A stretch of DNA of 64,000 nt from positions 480,001 through 544,000 of the forward strand of contig CATQHZ020000001.1 of NCBI GenBank assembly GCA_958296135.2, given 5' to 3'. The translations under genes were made by a program, and so were the position numbers. Under the pieces are notes generated by a model. It worked only from the letters and a program-made list of their open reading frames with translations. It had not been told where the DNA came from and did no database searches. Below are positions 49,813 through 59,566 of this stretch, in pieces (the stretch's first letter is position 1; each line of letters begins with the position of its first letter). This DNA is from an uncultured Poribacteria bacterium. GTDB lineage: Bacteria; Poribacteria; WGA-4E; WGA-3G.

Positions 49813-50207
49813 TCGTTTACGATACGAATATTCTGATATCGGGGATGGTTTGGGGTGGAAAACCGTATGGCTGTATCGCGCTCGCGCAGCACGGGAAAGT
49901 TAAAGGGTTAACCTGCCCGGAAATCCTTTCCGAATTCTCGGAAAAACTGACAATCAAGTTTGAACAGTCTGTCTTCCAAACAGAGAAAATCGTGTCTGAA
50001 CTTCTCAGTTTCCTTGAAAGCGTCAGAATTACGAACCTGCTTACCGGTGCCACCACCGATGCCGACGATAATAAGGTGATAGAATGTGCCGTTGTCGGCG
50101 GTGCGACGCACATTATCAGCGGTGACCGGAAACATCTGTTACGGCTTGGGAGTTATCAGGACATCCTTATCGTCACGGCCGCGGATTTTCTGGCGCAGTT
50201 CGCGTAA
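49800..50207 (+). CDS. PIN-domain toxin (VapC-like, PIN_3), copy 1
   Basis: VYDTNILIS, DADDNKVIECA, IISGDRKHLL. Confidence 0.9.
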   Translation: MQPIVVYDTNILISGMVWGGKPYGCIALAQHGKVKGLTCPEILSEFSEKLTIKFEQSVFQTEKIVSELLSFLESVRITNLLTGATTDADDNKVIECAVVGGATHIISGDRKHLLRLGSYQDILIVTAADFLAQFA

Positions 50208-50228
50208 TCTCCCTGGCTTATTAACGCG

Positions 50229-50265
50229 AAACGCGCGGGCATTGCAAATTGCCCGCGCGTTTTTT
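50229..50265 (+). terminator. Intrinsic terminator
   Basis: aaacgcgcgggca...tgcccgcgcgtttttt. Confidence 0.85.
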
Positions 50266-50490
50266 GCTTGCGATTGGAAAAAACTTGCACTCTTAATCGA
50301 CATCGTGTAGAATTGCCAGAAAAGACAAAATAAATTTGCATTATTTTAAGACAGGGGTGCCGGCTGTCATTCTACCGCAGCAGTGGATGGTTGATGAACG
50401 TCAGCAGGCGGAGAGGCATCATGGTGGCGAGCAGATTCGGTTGATAGATTGACGTTTTTTCCTAGTCATTCAGCATCCTTGATATTTTGC

Positions 50491-50528
50491 TTGACATGGA
50501 GAGAAACTTTTGGTATAACTCATGTTAA
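50491..50528 (+). promoter_or_regulatory. TA promoter copy 2
   Basis: TTGACA-17-TATAAC with the same CATG inverted repeat. Confidence 0.7.
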
Positions 50529-50549
50529 AAAAATTGAGGAGGGATCGGC

Positions 50550-50807
50550 ATGAGTCTGACACTCACCTTAACAACCGAACAGGCTATCACGCTGCTGGAG
50601 CAGCTACCGCCGAGAAAGAAGATGGAGGTCCTCATCAAATTGTCAGAGCAGGCGCACGTGGGACACGAAGAACAGATGCGCTATGGCGAATCCAAGGTTC
50701 GGCAGTTGTGTGCGAAACGCGGGTTGAATTGGGACGCAATGAGCGAACAAGAACGCGAGGACTTTATCGATGATATTGTCCACGAGGACCGGGCATGCAG
50801 CCAATAG
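50550..50807 (+). CDS. Putative antitoxin, copy 2
   Basis: Paralog of 49555-49812. Confidence 0.75.
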   Translation: MSLTLTLTTEQAITLLEQLPPRKKMEVLIKLSEQAHVGHEEQMRYGESKVRQLCAKRGLNWDAMSEQEREDFIDDIVHEDRACSQ

Positions 50808-51202
50808 TCGTTTACGATACGAATATCTTGATATCGGGGATGATCTGGGGTGGAAAACCTTATGACTGCATCGTGCTCGCGCAGCAAGGCAGCGTTGAAG
50901 GGTTAACTTGCGCTGGCATTCTTGGCGAATTTTCGGAGAAGTTGCTCACCAAGTTTGAGTATTCCGAGAGTGAAACTGCGGGGAGAGTTGAGAGGCTTCT
51001 CGGTTTTCTGCGAACAGTTAAAATTACCGATCGGCTTGAGGGTGCCACCACCGATGCCGACGATAATAAGGTGATAGAATGTGCCGTTGTCGGCGGTGCG
51101 ACGCACATTATCAGCGGTGACCGGAAACATCTGTTACGGCTTGGGAGTTATCAGGACATCCTTATCGTCACGGCCGCGGATTTTCTGGCGCAGTTCGCGT
51201 AA
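50795..51202 (+). CDS. PIN-domain toxin, copy 2
   Basis: Same PIN motifs; last 53 or so residues identical to copy 1. Confidence 0.9.
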   Translation: MQPIVVYDTNILISGMIWGGKPYDCIVLAQQGSVEGLTCAGILGEFSEKLLTKFEYSESETAGRVERLLGFLRTVKITDRLEGATTDADDNKVIECAVVGGATHIISGDRKHLLRLGSYQDILIVTAADFLAQFA

Positions 51203-51223
51203 TCTCCCTGGCTTATTAACGCG

Positions 51224-51261
51224 AAACGCGCGGGCATTGCAAATTGCCCGCGCGTTTTTTT
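51224..51261 (+). terminator. Intrinsic terminator (duplicate)
   Basis: Identical hairpin followed by a T-tract. Confidence 0.85.
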
Positions 51262-51463
51262 GCTTGCGATTGGAAAAAACTTGCACTTTTAATCGAATTC
51301 GCGTAGAATTTCCACGGATTGGCGAAAAAACTTGCATTTTTCGCGAACATCGCGGAGAATTCCCAGAAAACAAAAAATCAATTAAAGGGACTGACAAGTG
51401 CGGTTGCGATGGAACAATCTGTGGTAACAGTGCCAAATGCAACGGTAGGTGTTAATTAAAAAA

Positions 51464-53386
51464 ATGCTTGACTCAACCGAAAAGTTCATGCCATTTCATG
51501 GCGTGTCAGACACCATCGATGCTACCGCCTGGGCGTTACCTGATGGTGCGATGGCCCGATTAGGCCGCGGCAGCGTGCGCGCCCTGGCAGTTTCGCCCGA
51601 TGGCAGTCTCCTTGCTGTCGCCACCAAAATCGGGCTCTGGTGGTATCACCTCGCTACGATGTCTCCGCTCGCCTTGTGGGAGACAGAACGGGGGATGGTT
51701 TCTACCGTCTCGTTTTCCGCCGATGGACAATGGGTTGCTACCGGCAACGATGATGGTATTGTCAAGGTATGGGCTCTGGCTGAAGGTGTGTGCATCGCGG
51801 AGATGGCACGCCAGACACAGGTGAGACAACCTGGGGTTTCCCAACTCGCCTTCTCGCCAGATTCCCAACGTCTCGCTGCAACCGGTATCCGCGACGATAA
51901 GGTTGACGTATGGCATCCACAAACCGGCGAACAGGGCGCAAAATTCTACGATACCCAAGTCGAATTGCGGGGCCTCACGCGCCCTGTCGCCTTTTCCACC
52001 GATAGTGACTTGCTAGCCTGTACGAATTCCGAAGGCATTCCCGGTACAACTCACTCTATCTCGGTATGGAATTTAGCGGCAGAGGACTGCATCGCCTGCC
52101 TCACCGAACCCACTGATTTTGTGCAGAGCCTCTGCTTTTCACCGTGTGGGAGGTACCTTGCCGCCGGTGGGTATCAAGGCACGGTTTGGGTGTGGGAGGT
52201 GAAGACCTGGCAGCAGCACAAGGCGAATAGAGATTATGGTGAGTCTCGTGTGAGCGTCTCCTATTCGTCAGCGGGGGTTCTCCATGCTACAGCGGTGTCA
52301 GAAGATACCGCTGTCGTGTGGGACGTGGAACGTGACGAAAGACGTTGTACATACGTTGAAGCGCAGGGGAGCCTCCACGGCGTGCATTTTTCACGCGGTG
52401 CCCAGTTTGTCGTTGCCGGCGCACGTGAGTGGACGGTGTGGACAGTTGGGAACCCACAGCCGCGCAAGTGCCTTCATTCCCATACGGCCTTCCCTGACTC
52501 CTTGGTATGCTCGCCTGATGGCAGAACGCTAACGGCCGGGTCCTGGCATGATGGCGTAAAGGTATGGGATATTGCAGCGTCTGCGCAGCATCCGATCTGT
52601 TTCAAACTGCCCGGTAAAAACCATTATGTTTCTGTGTCCAACTGCGGCAACTTTCAGGCGACTGGCATTGACGAAAACACCATCAAAGTATGGGAAGTTG
52701 GAGAAACCGCGCCGTTCCTTACGCTTAAGCCCTCGGAGAAAACGGGGGAGGTATCAGCAGCAGCACTCTCGCTGACAGGGAATCTGCTGGCATACGGAGA
52801 TAGCAACGGCACCCTGTCTGTGTGGGATGTGCGGTGCCAGGAATATCTACACTCGCTCACGGCGCATAACGGTTGGATTCATTCGGTGGCATTTAGCCCG
52901 AATGAAAAGTGTCTTGCGAGTCTGAGGCAAGATGGCCCCGACACCCGGTTGTGGGATGTTGAAAACGGTGAAGAAATTGGCGAGTTTCCTGACAGCACCA
53001 ATGCGATAGCGTTTTCGCCTGGTAGTGACGTGATTGCCTGCGGCATGGCAAAAAAGATTCTGTTGTGGGATGTTAACCGTTGTGAAACTTTCATGACACT
53101 CTGTCACGCTCAGCAAAGTTGGTGGCCGTTTGCGTTGGCCTTTTCGCCGTGTGGACGGTATCTGGCTTCTGGTGCCTGGTGGCACCGCGGTATGGGAATA
53201 AAAAAGGTCGCGATTCGATTATGGGAGGTTGCGACAGGTGAAAATATCGTCACCTTCCGGGGACACCCTACCGATGTCCAATGTCTCGCCTTTTCACCGG
53301 ATGGAACACTTTTGGCAAGTGGCAGTTATGACGGCACCATCCTCCTGTGGGATGTGAAACCTTACTTGCAAAATGAAACTCCATGA
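51464..53386 (+). CDS. WD40-repeat protein with divergent blades and no signal peptide
   Basis: LPDGAMARLGRG, multiple FSPxG...WD units; start uncertain (51449/51464/51488). Confidence 0.85.
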   Translation: MLDSTEKFMPFHGVSDTIDATAWALPDGAMARLGRGSVRALAVSPDGSLLAVATKIGLWWYHLATMSPLALWETERGMVSTVSFSADGQWVATGNDDGIVKVWALAEGVCIAEMARQTQVRQPGVSQLAFSPDSQRLAATGIRDDKVDVWHPQTGEQGAKFYDTQVELRGLTRPVAFSTDSDLLACTNSEGIPGTTHSISVWNLAAEDCIACLTEPTDFVQSLCFSPCGRYLAAGGYQGTVWVWEVKTWQQHKANRDYGESRVSVSYSSAGVLHATAVSEDTAVVWDVERDERRCTYVEAQGSLHGVHFSRGAQFVVAGAREWTVWTVGNPQPRKCLHSHTAFPDSLVCSPDGRTLTAGSWHDGVKVWDIAASAQHPICFKLPGKNHYVSVSNCGNFQATGIDENTIKVWEVGETAPFLTLKPSEKTGEVSAAALSLTGNLLAYGDSNGTLSVWDVRCQEYLHSLTAHNGWIHSVAFSPNEKCLASLRQDGPDTRLWDVENGEEIGEFPDSTNAIAFSPGSDVIACGMAKKILLWDVNRCETFMTLCHAQQSWWPFALAFSPCGRYLASGAWWHRGMGIKKVAIRLWEVATGENIVTFRGHPTDVQCLAFSPDGTLLASGSYDGTILLWDVKPYLQNETP

Positions 53387-54638
53387 CGCACTGGCCGCCG
53401 GCCTCGCACATCTTTCCCAACATCGGCGCCGCACCGGGTTATCCATCCTCGGCATTTTCATCGGCATTGCGAGTGTGCTATGCATGATGGCCATTGGCGA
53501 TGGCGCGAAAGAACTGGTAGCCTTAGATATTGAGAAACTCGGCGGCGCAAACCAAGTGCAATTCTGGACACGCTGGGCTATTTTTCGGAACAAACGGGTT
53601 GTGCGACGCACCACCGAACGCTACACGTTAGCGGATGCATACGCTATTGAGGCAGCATGCCCCGATGTCCTTTTTGTGTTACCGAAAAATGATAGATACC
53701 GAGGCGTTGTGACGAGCCCCACCGGCGGACACGCGCGGCCTTACGTGGCAGGTGTGACTGCAGACTACGCCCACGGCCTGCGGTGGGAGGTGCAACAGGG
53801 CCGCTTTTTCACGGAAGAGGATATTGAAACGGCCGCGCAGGTGTGCGTCCTCGGCGCGGACATCGTCACCGAATTGTTTGGAGACACCGTTGTTCTGGGA
53901 CAAGAAGTGAAACTTAAGATTCGCTGGCGGCAACCGGCGGTTCGCTGTCGCATCGTCGGCATCATGGCACCCAAGGGTAGGAGTCTTCGGAGTTCCACCT
54001 CGTTGGATGACATTGTTTGTGTGCCGTTGACAACGCATCAGCAACGGCTCTCCGGCATCCGCTATGTTCAAGGCTTGCTCATCTTTTTTGACAAAGGGGC
54101 CGATGTCTACGGTGTGATTAACAACGTCACGCATGTTCTTCGGAAAAGACATCGGGGGACTGACGATTTTGTCGGGTATTGGATTCCGCAGCGTTCGTTT
54201 CGCCAGCTGGAACGGATTGAAAAGGTGATAAAAATCGCGTTGGGGGGCATTGCGGGTTTCTCGCTGTTTGTGAGCGGCATCGGTATCATGAATATTTGTC
54301 TCGTCTCTGTCGGCGAAAAGACGCGGGAGATAGGCTTGCGAAAATCGATGGGCGCGAAACGGCGGGACATTTTCTGGCAATTTTTAGTGGAATCCGTTTG
54401 CCTCTGTTTCTGTGGTGGCCTCCTTGGGATTGGAGGCGGCTGGCTGGCGGCGCAGGGCCTGGCGTGGCTCGCGGTGCGCATTGTTCCCATTGTGCCGGTG
54501 TGGCCCGTTGTCCTGTCGTTACCGTGGATACTGATTTCCGTGAGTTTTTCTGTCGTGATGGGCATCGTTTTCGGGGTTTACCCGGCGATGCGGGCGGCAC
54601 GGCTCTCTCCGATAGACGCACTCCGAACTGAGACATAA
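53373..54638 (+). CDS. MacB/FtsX-type ABC transporter permease
   Basis: LSILGIFIGIASV, GIGIMNI..SV.EKTREIG.RK..GA, PA.RAARL.PIDALR. Confidence 0.92.
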   Translation: MKLHDALAAGLAHLSQHRRRTGLSILGIFIGIASVLCMMAIGDGAKELVALDIEKLGGANQVQFWTRWAIFRNKRVVRRTTERYTLADAYAIEAACPDVLFVLPKNDRYRGVVTSPTGGHARPYVAGVTADYAHGLRWEVQQGRFFTEEDIETAAQVCVLGADIVTELFGDTVVLGQEVKLKIRWRQPAVRCRIVGIMAPKGRSLRSSTSLDDIVCVPLTTHQQRLSGIRYVQGLLIFFDKGADVYGVINNVTHVLRKRHRGTDDFVGYWIPQRSFRQLERIEKVIKIALGGIAGFSLFVSGIGIMNICLVSVGEKTREIGLRKSMGAKRRDIFWQFLVESVCLCFCGGLLGIGGGWLAAQGLAWLAVRIVPIVPVWPVVLSLPWILISVSFSVVMGIVFGVYPAMRAARLSPIDALRTET

Positions 54639-54762
54639 GACATCGTGACGGTCGCGATGTGTCTCATGCGTGGGCTGCCTGTCGCCAGCGCCAGCTGGCA
54701 CGCGCTCAGCACAACTCAGAAGGCGTGTTAACCCATGAACCACAACGAAGAACCTCCCTTGA

Positions 54763-55440
54763 ACCGTAGCGCGAGGGCCTGTCCCTCGCGATCCTTCGAT
54801 CGACACGGAAAACGGCTGCAGCTCCGAGGCCGCGGCCGCTTTCTGATGAGATCGCTGCATGGCGAGGGACAGGCCCTCGCCCTACGGTTTAAGAGGCGTT
54901 TTCTGCAACGACCGAGACATGGCGAGGGGAACCCTCGGCGATTCGCGATCGCCGGGCCCTCGCCCTACGGTTTAAGAGGCGTTTTCTGCAATGACCGAGG
55001 CATGGCGCGGCACAAGACCGCGCCCTACGGGTTAAGAGGCGTTTTCTGCAACGACCGAGGCATGGCGAGGGACAGTGGACATCTCTGCAGCGAGGCTGCA
55101 GAGATGACAACGTTTCGGCGTGACGGCCCTCGCCCTACGGGTTAAGAGGCGTTTTCTGCAACGACCGAGGCATGGCGCGGCACAAGCCCTCGCCCTACGG
55201 GTTAAGAGGCGTTTTCTGCAACGACCGAGGCATGGCGCGGCACAAGCCCTCGCCCTACGGTTTAAGAGGCGTTTTCTGCAACGACCGAGGCATGGCGCGG
55301 CACAGGACCGCGCCCTACGGGCCACGGGGCGTTTTCTGATGAGATCGCTGCATGGCGAGGCACAAGACCGCGCCCTACGGGTTAAGAAGCGTTTTCTGCA
55401 ATGACCGAGGCATGGCGCGGCACAAGACCGCGCCCTACGG
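54763..55440. repeat. REP array with a 60-bp tandem unit
   Basis: ttaagaggcgttttctgcaacgaccgaggcatggcgcggcacaag(c/a)cc(t/g)cgccctacgg repeated; exact 60-bp period at 55141, 55201, 55261. Confidence 0.95.
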
Positions 55441-56442
55441 TTTAATCGGATGCGCTGGCACCTTCGTCGCCGCGGATTCGTAAATCAGATCCATCAGTTC
55501 GGATTGGATGATGCCGTTCATCGGAGTGGTGCGCGGCTCAGCCCTGCCCAAAATGGCATCGATGAAGTTGTCATCCGGGTTGCCGGCGTTCATATCCTCG
55601 GTGATGGGCGGCGGATCCAACGCTTCATTGCCTTTCCAGACGCGAATCCAACCACCACCCCAACCGTCAACTTCAATGCGGCCGTTGTCGAAGACTAACG
55701 CCATGTGCGTGCCGCCGGGGCTCGGACAATTGCCGCTGACAGCCATCGCCGCCAGTACGCCGTTTTCAAATTTGACGTTAATCGACGAATTAATGTCCAC
55801 CTCCCTGCCTTGGTTATCGGTAAAAGCGTAGACTTCGGCGACGTTGGATTCCACTGCCCAGCAGAGGCTATTGAGGAGGTGCGCGCCGCTATCATACGCC
55901 TGTCCACCGCCGGAGAGTTTCGGGTTCTGCCGCCATGTGCCTGTCGTGCCGCCCTTCCAGCCTTGCGTAATATAACCGATGACCAGCTCCAATTTCCCCA
56001 GTTCGCCGCTACGGATAGCCTCGCGAATGTAGTAGAAATTCGCTGTGCAAGGGGTGTTGTAGCCGATAGTCAACACTAACCCGGTTTCCTTGACCTTCTC
56101 GGCGAGGGTGTAGGCCTCCTGCGAAGCGGTGACCATGGGTTTTTCCATCAGGACGTGGCACCCTGCTTCGAGTGCTTGCATTCCCTGCTTGAAGTGCAAG
56201 GTATGCGGCGTGGAAATGACGACAGCGTCCGGTTTCGTTTCGGCGAGCATCATTGCGATGTCGTCGTAGGCACCGGGCCGCGGCCCCAGGTCTGCCAGAT
56301 TTCTGTCGATGTATGCGTTGGCGATGTCGGTATTGACATCGCATGTGCCGACGATTTGGACATCGGGGTTTGCGTTCATGCGCCGTGCGTGGCCGGAGGA
56401 GTTTCCGCCGCAGCCAATCATGGCGAGCCGAATTTTAGACAT
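55435..56442 (-). CDS. Gfo/Idh/MocA family oxidoreductase
   Basis: IGCGG, HVLMEKP, GGG..YDSGAH. Confidence 0.9.
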   Translation of the reverse strand: MSKIRLAMIGCGGNSSGHARRMNANPDVQIVGTCDVNTDIANAYIDRNLADLGPRPGAYDDIAMMLAETKPDAVVISTPHTLHFKQGMQALEAGCHVLMEKPMVTASQEAYTLAEKVKETGLVLTIGYNTPCTANFYYIREAIRSGELGKLELVIGYITQGWKGGTTGTWRQNPKLSGGGQAYDSGAHLLNSLCWAVESNVAEVYAFTDNQGREVDINSSINVKFENGVLAAMAVSGNCPSPGGTHMALVFDNGRIEVDGWGGGWIRVWKGNEALDPPPITEDMNAGNPDDNFIDAILGRAEPRTTPMNGIIQSELMDLIYESAATKVPAHPIKP

Positions 56443-56468
56443 AGTTTGCTCCTTTATCGGTTGTGCAA

Positions 56469-57257
56469 TTATAAATCTGCGAGGCTGAGCGCGCCCTCGC
56501 CGAATACGCGATTAAAGGCGGAGCCGTGGCGTGACTGCGTTTCGCCGTGCATATAGCAGACGCTGAATGCGCGCCGCGGGATATCCGTCTGGTTTGTACC
56601 GGAGCTGTGCAGCAGCCAGTTGTGAAGTAGCACCACCTCTCCTGCCGCCAATTCCATCGGTTTTGGTGTAGAGTTCGCGACGATGTCGTCAATGTGCTCC
56701 TGTGAAAGGAACCCAGAGCCGTGCGATGGGTTAATCAGACTGCTGTGTGACTTTGGAATGATATGCACACAGCCGTTCGCCACTGTCGCCGGGTCCAGCG
56801 CGGTATAGATGGTAATCTGCGGATCCCGGTTCAAGTCTGTCCATCTATCTTGGTGCCACACGAGATAAGTTCCTTCGTGTGCAGGTTTATTCATAAACAT
56901 TGCGCGGAAACAAGCGATAGGGGTATCGTCACCGTAAATTTTCGCGCAGATGTCGCGGAAAACCGGTTTCTGGAGGTACGCCAGAAAGTAGGCATCGAAT
57001 TCCAGATTCTGGATTTTCCGATACAGCAGCGTTGCGCCTTTATGCCCTCTCGACTGCGGTCCGGGCGAATTCTTTCCCGGTTCCCGGTCTAACTGCATCA
57101 TGATTTTATCATAATCCAGCGGTGCCTTTCCGAGCATGATGTCGTCCATGCGCTGTTGCAGGGCGGCGAGTTCGTTATCGCTAGCAACCTGTCCGATGCG
57201 AACGTAGCCGTTCTCCCAAAAGTGTTCCCATTGTTCAGCTGTGATGTGCTTTGCCAT
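56469..57257 (-). CDS. Phytanoyl-CoA dioxygenase (PhyH) family protein
   Basis: WHQD, ALD.AT..NGC..IP.SH, LLHSSG.N; start ATG 57257. Confidence 0.9.
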   Translation of the reverse strand: MAKHITAEQWEHFWENGYVRIGQVASDNELAALQQRMDDIMLGKAPLDYDKIMMQLDREPGKNSPGPQSRGHKGATLLYRKIQNLEFDAYFLAYLQKPVFRDICAKIYGDDTPIACFRAMFMNKPAHEGTYLVWHQDRWTDLNRDPQITIYTALDPATVANGCVHIIPKSHSSLINPSHGSGFLSQEHIDDIVANSTPKPMELAAGEVVLLHNWLLHSSGTNQTDIPRRAFSVCYMHGETQSRHGSAFNRVFGEGALSLADL

Positions 57258-57337
57258 CGTGTCCCTCCGAATGAAAACGGACAAGAACCAATTCCGATAA
57301 AGCACTGTTAGGTGCTTCATGTCTATAAGAAAATCTG

Positions 57338-57553
57338 CTATTTTAAAATATAGCAGTTCTTTGGGAATTTTGCAAGTCGTATTGTTTTCACTCCAGTGGC
57401 ATTTAATTGTCCCAATATCTGTCGTTCGGGTTTGCACTCTCCGATGTTAGCCGCTGTCATTTTTTGGGGCGGCGGGCATGGTTCGGTTAAGATGGCGAGC
57501 GTGATGAGCGCGAGGATTGCGCCGATGAGGATGCCGATGAGGAAGTGGTTCAT
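57338..57553 (-). CDS. Possible small membrane-anchored protein
   Basis: MNHFLIGILIGAILALITLAIL hydrophobic start; weak RBS. Confidence 0.3.
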   Translation of the reverse strand: MNHFLIGILIGAILALITLAILTEPCPPPQKMTAANIGECKPERQILGQLNATGVKTIRLAKFPKNCYILK

Positions 57554-57569
57554 GGTAGTGAAAATAGGG

Positions 57570-57606
57570 AAACCCCGCCGCGGACAGAATCTCCGCGGCG
57601 GGGTTT
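57570..57606. terminator. Bidirectional terminator-like hairpin
   Basis: 15-bp perfect inverted repeat aaaccccgccgcgga/tccgcggcggggttt. Confidence 0.8.
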
Positions 57607-57633
57607 GGGTGTTGCGCGTGCGGGACGCGCGGG

Positions 57634-57826
57634 TTAGCTGCCCAGGTTGTGGTAAATGTAGTTTGTCCTGGTGCGCGGGTTGATAGCACGGCAGGGAGAA
57701 CGGGAACTGCCATTGAGGCACTTACTTGAACTGACACCGCATCCGGTGCGGGTGCAGGTTCGGGTTTTGTGGTGTTCGTTTCCATAGCCGAGTCTGCTGC
57801 TGTGGCAGGTCTTTATTTCTGAACAT
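57634..57826 (-). pseudogene. Remnant of a partner gene: RBS and MFRNK start joined out of frame to a Cys/His-rich C-terminus
   Basis: GAAGGAG...ATG at 57826; the +1 frame reads KTCHSSRLGYGNEHHKTRTCTRTGCGVSSSKCLNGSSRSPCRAINPRTRTNYIYHNLGS*. Confidence 0.5.
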
Positions 57827-58478
57827 AGGGATCTCCTTCAAAGTGCGCGGAAACTTCTGCCCATGGGATATCGTGTCCGGTCCTGTCGTCAAACACGATG
57901 GGCATTCCGTTTTCGTCCAAGTTCAGGATGCCTTTGTTGATGTCATAGAAACTGAAGCTGTATCCTTCGGGCGGTGGCTTGAGCCCGTATTGCCCGTAAA
58001 ACTCTCTATCGGATTGCTTGATAAATTGTTGTCGCTGTTTGGGCGGCAACATATCCATGTTAATCCCAACGACGCTTAGATAGTCTAGTTGTCGTTGTGA
58101 GAGTTTTTCGGGGTGGAATCCGTCTCTTTTCAGCGTCTGGTTGAGTTCCTCGATTTCGCTATCGGTGAGGCGCTCGGAGATATCCACATCGGTGGTTGTG
58201 ATTCCTGTGGACATATCGCCACTGGTGAGCCATTCGTCACCGTTTGAGGTGTTGCTTTCGTCTTGTGCGACGACTTGTACCTCATGGGGTTCGGCGTGCC
58301 ATTCTCCGTCGTGCCAGTGGCCGGCGGTTTCGGTTTCCGCTCGGGTCTGCTGTTGCACGACGGGTGGTTTCGGTAGCGATGCATCGAACTTGCGTTTCTG
58401 CCATTCTCCCCAAAAGTAGAGGCCGGTGCAGAAAGCGACAAGGAGTATCGCGCTGGTGGTGATTTGTCTCAGAGACAT
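57813..58478 (-). CDS. Membrane-anchored hypothetical protein with GHWHxGEWHAEPH motif (cassette 2)
   Basis: AAGGAG RBS; first 40 or so residues nearly identical to 58913-59566. Confidence 0.8.
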   Translation of the reverse strand: MSLRQITTSAILLVAFCTGLYFWGEWQKRKFDASLPKPPVVQQQTRAETETAGHWHDGEWHAEPHEVQVVAQDESNTSNGDEWLTSGDMSTGITTTDVDISERLTDSEIEELNQTLKRDGFHPEKLSQRQLDYLSVVGINMDMLPPKQRQQFIKQSDREFYGQYGLKPPPEGYSFSFYDINKGILNLDENGMPIVFDDRTGHDIPWAEVSAHFEGDPYVQK

Positions 58479-58668
58479 GAGTTCTCCTTTTGCGCGCTCG
58501 TGGCGCGCGGTTGGTAAACGTTATCTAATCTGATTTTATTAGCACACGCTTTTTTGTCAAGTTTTTTTAAGACAGTTTCGTGTGAGTGTCTTAAAAACAC
58601 TTTCGCAACTGCATATCAAACTTTCAGGGTGCATCGAGACGCGGGAGGGCTCTCCTACCGACGTTGTT
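58361..58668 (-). repeat. Duplicated block of about 308 bp (REP, promoter, 5' gene end), copy 2
   Basis: Near-identical to 59449-59757. Confidence 0.92.
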
Positions 58669-58916
58669 CAGGTAGCGCAGGTAACACTCGTGTTACCGCT
58701 TGCTGAGACCAGGAAGTGGTCTAACCAAAAATGAGCACTCTGCGTTTTTTCTGCAACATCTAAAGCTGTCTCCGTTCGATCTAATTGCAGTTGCGTAGTA
58801 CGGAGCGTAGTACGGAGCGTAGTGCTTTGCGAATCACAAGGCGCGGTGAATGCGTCACCGGTTGCAAGCGCGAGGAGCGCGAGAATGAAGATGGGGAGAT
58901 ACAAGGTGTTTTTCAT
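58668..58916 (-). pseudogene. Secreted protein, probably 3'-truncated at the duplication junction
   Basis: GGAGG RBS, ATGA overlap, signal peptide MKNTLYLPIFILALLALATGDAFT; stop codon coincides with the block boundary. Confidence 0.55.
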
Positions 58917-59566
58917 TGTTCCTCCCCCCAGATTTCGGCCTGTGGTGAGCCCGGGTCTTCTGCCAGGTGTGCTTTCCACCTTTCATGCCAAGCGTCAAAC
59001 TTTCGTTGCAGTGCCTCTATTTTTTCAACAATGGCCTGCCGCTCTTCAAGTGGGAGGCTTTGAGCCTGTTTGACAAATGCCGCGTACTCGTCTGGGTCGG
59101 GTGGGAGAAGTGCGTCCTCCTCTCGCCATAAGAGTTTCTGTTCCGCTAAGAGTCTCCAGTATTTTTCCGACCATGCGGCGTATTTGGGTGCGTAGCGCGC
59201 CATGTTTTGGACGGTTCGCAACGCCTCGGCGTATTCCGGGGTTGCGAGCATTTCCTCTATGGCTGCATCGGTTACTGGCTCGCTGATTATCGGCCCGCGC
59301 AGGTCGGCGAAGTGTATGCCTTCGTCGAGGACTGCATCGGCGGGTTGTTGCGGTTCGGCGGGTTTTCCATCGCCGTTGTGCCAGTGGCCGGTGGCGACAT
59401 CCTCGGTGACATCGCCGGCGACATCGGTGTCCTGCTGTTGTTCAACAGCGGGTGGTTTCGGTAGCGATGCATCGAACTTGCGCTTCTGCCATTCTCCCCA
59501 AAAGTAGAGGCCGGTGCAGAAAGCGACAAGGAGTATCGCGCCGGTGGTGAGTTGTCTCAGAGACAT
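58913..59566 (-). CDS. Membrane-anchored hypothetical protein with GHWH motif (cassette 1)
   Basis: Shared N-terminus with cassette 2, unrelated helical C-terminus. Confidence 0.8.
   Translation of the reverse strand: MSLRQLTTGAILLVAFCTGLYFWGEWQKRKFDASLPKPPAVEQQQDTDVAGDVTEDVATGHWHNGDGKPAEPQQPADAVLDEGIHFADLRGPIISEPVTDAAIEEMLATPEYAEALRTVQNMARYAPKYAAWSEKYWRLLAEQKLLWREEDALLPPDPDEYAAFVKQAQSLPLEERQAIVEKIEALQRKFDAWHERWKAHLAEDPGSPQAEIWGEEQ

Noticed and set aside
54763-55440. 60-bp periodic array as a CRISPR
   Set aside because: The spacers are near-identical, the repeat is the GTAG REP found across the window, and there are no cas genes.
57447-57785. 112-aa ORF METNTTKPEP...
   Set aside because: It has no RBS and runs through a terminator; another frame gives a more protein-like Cys/His-rich remnant.
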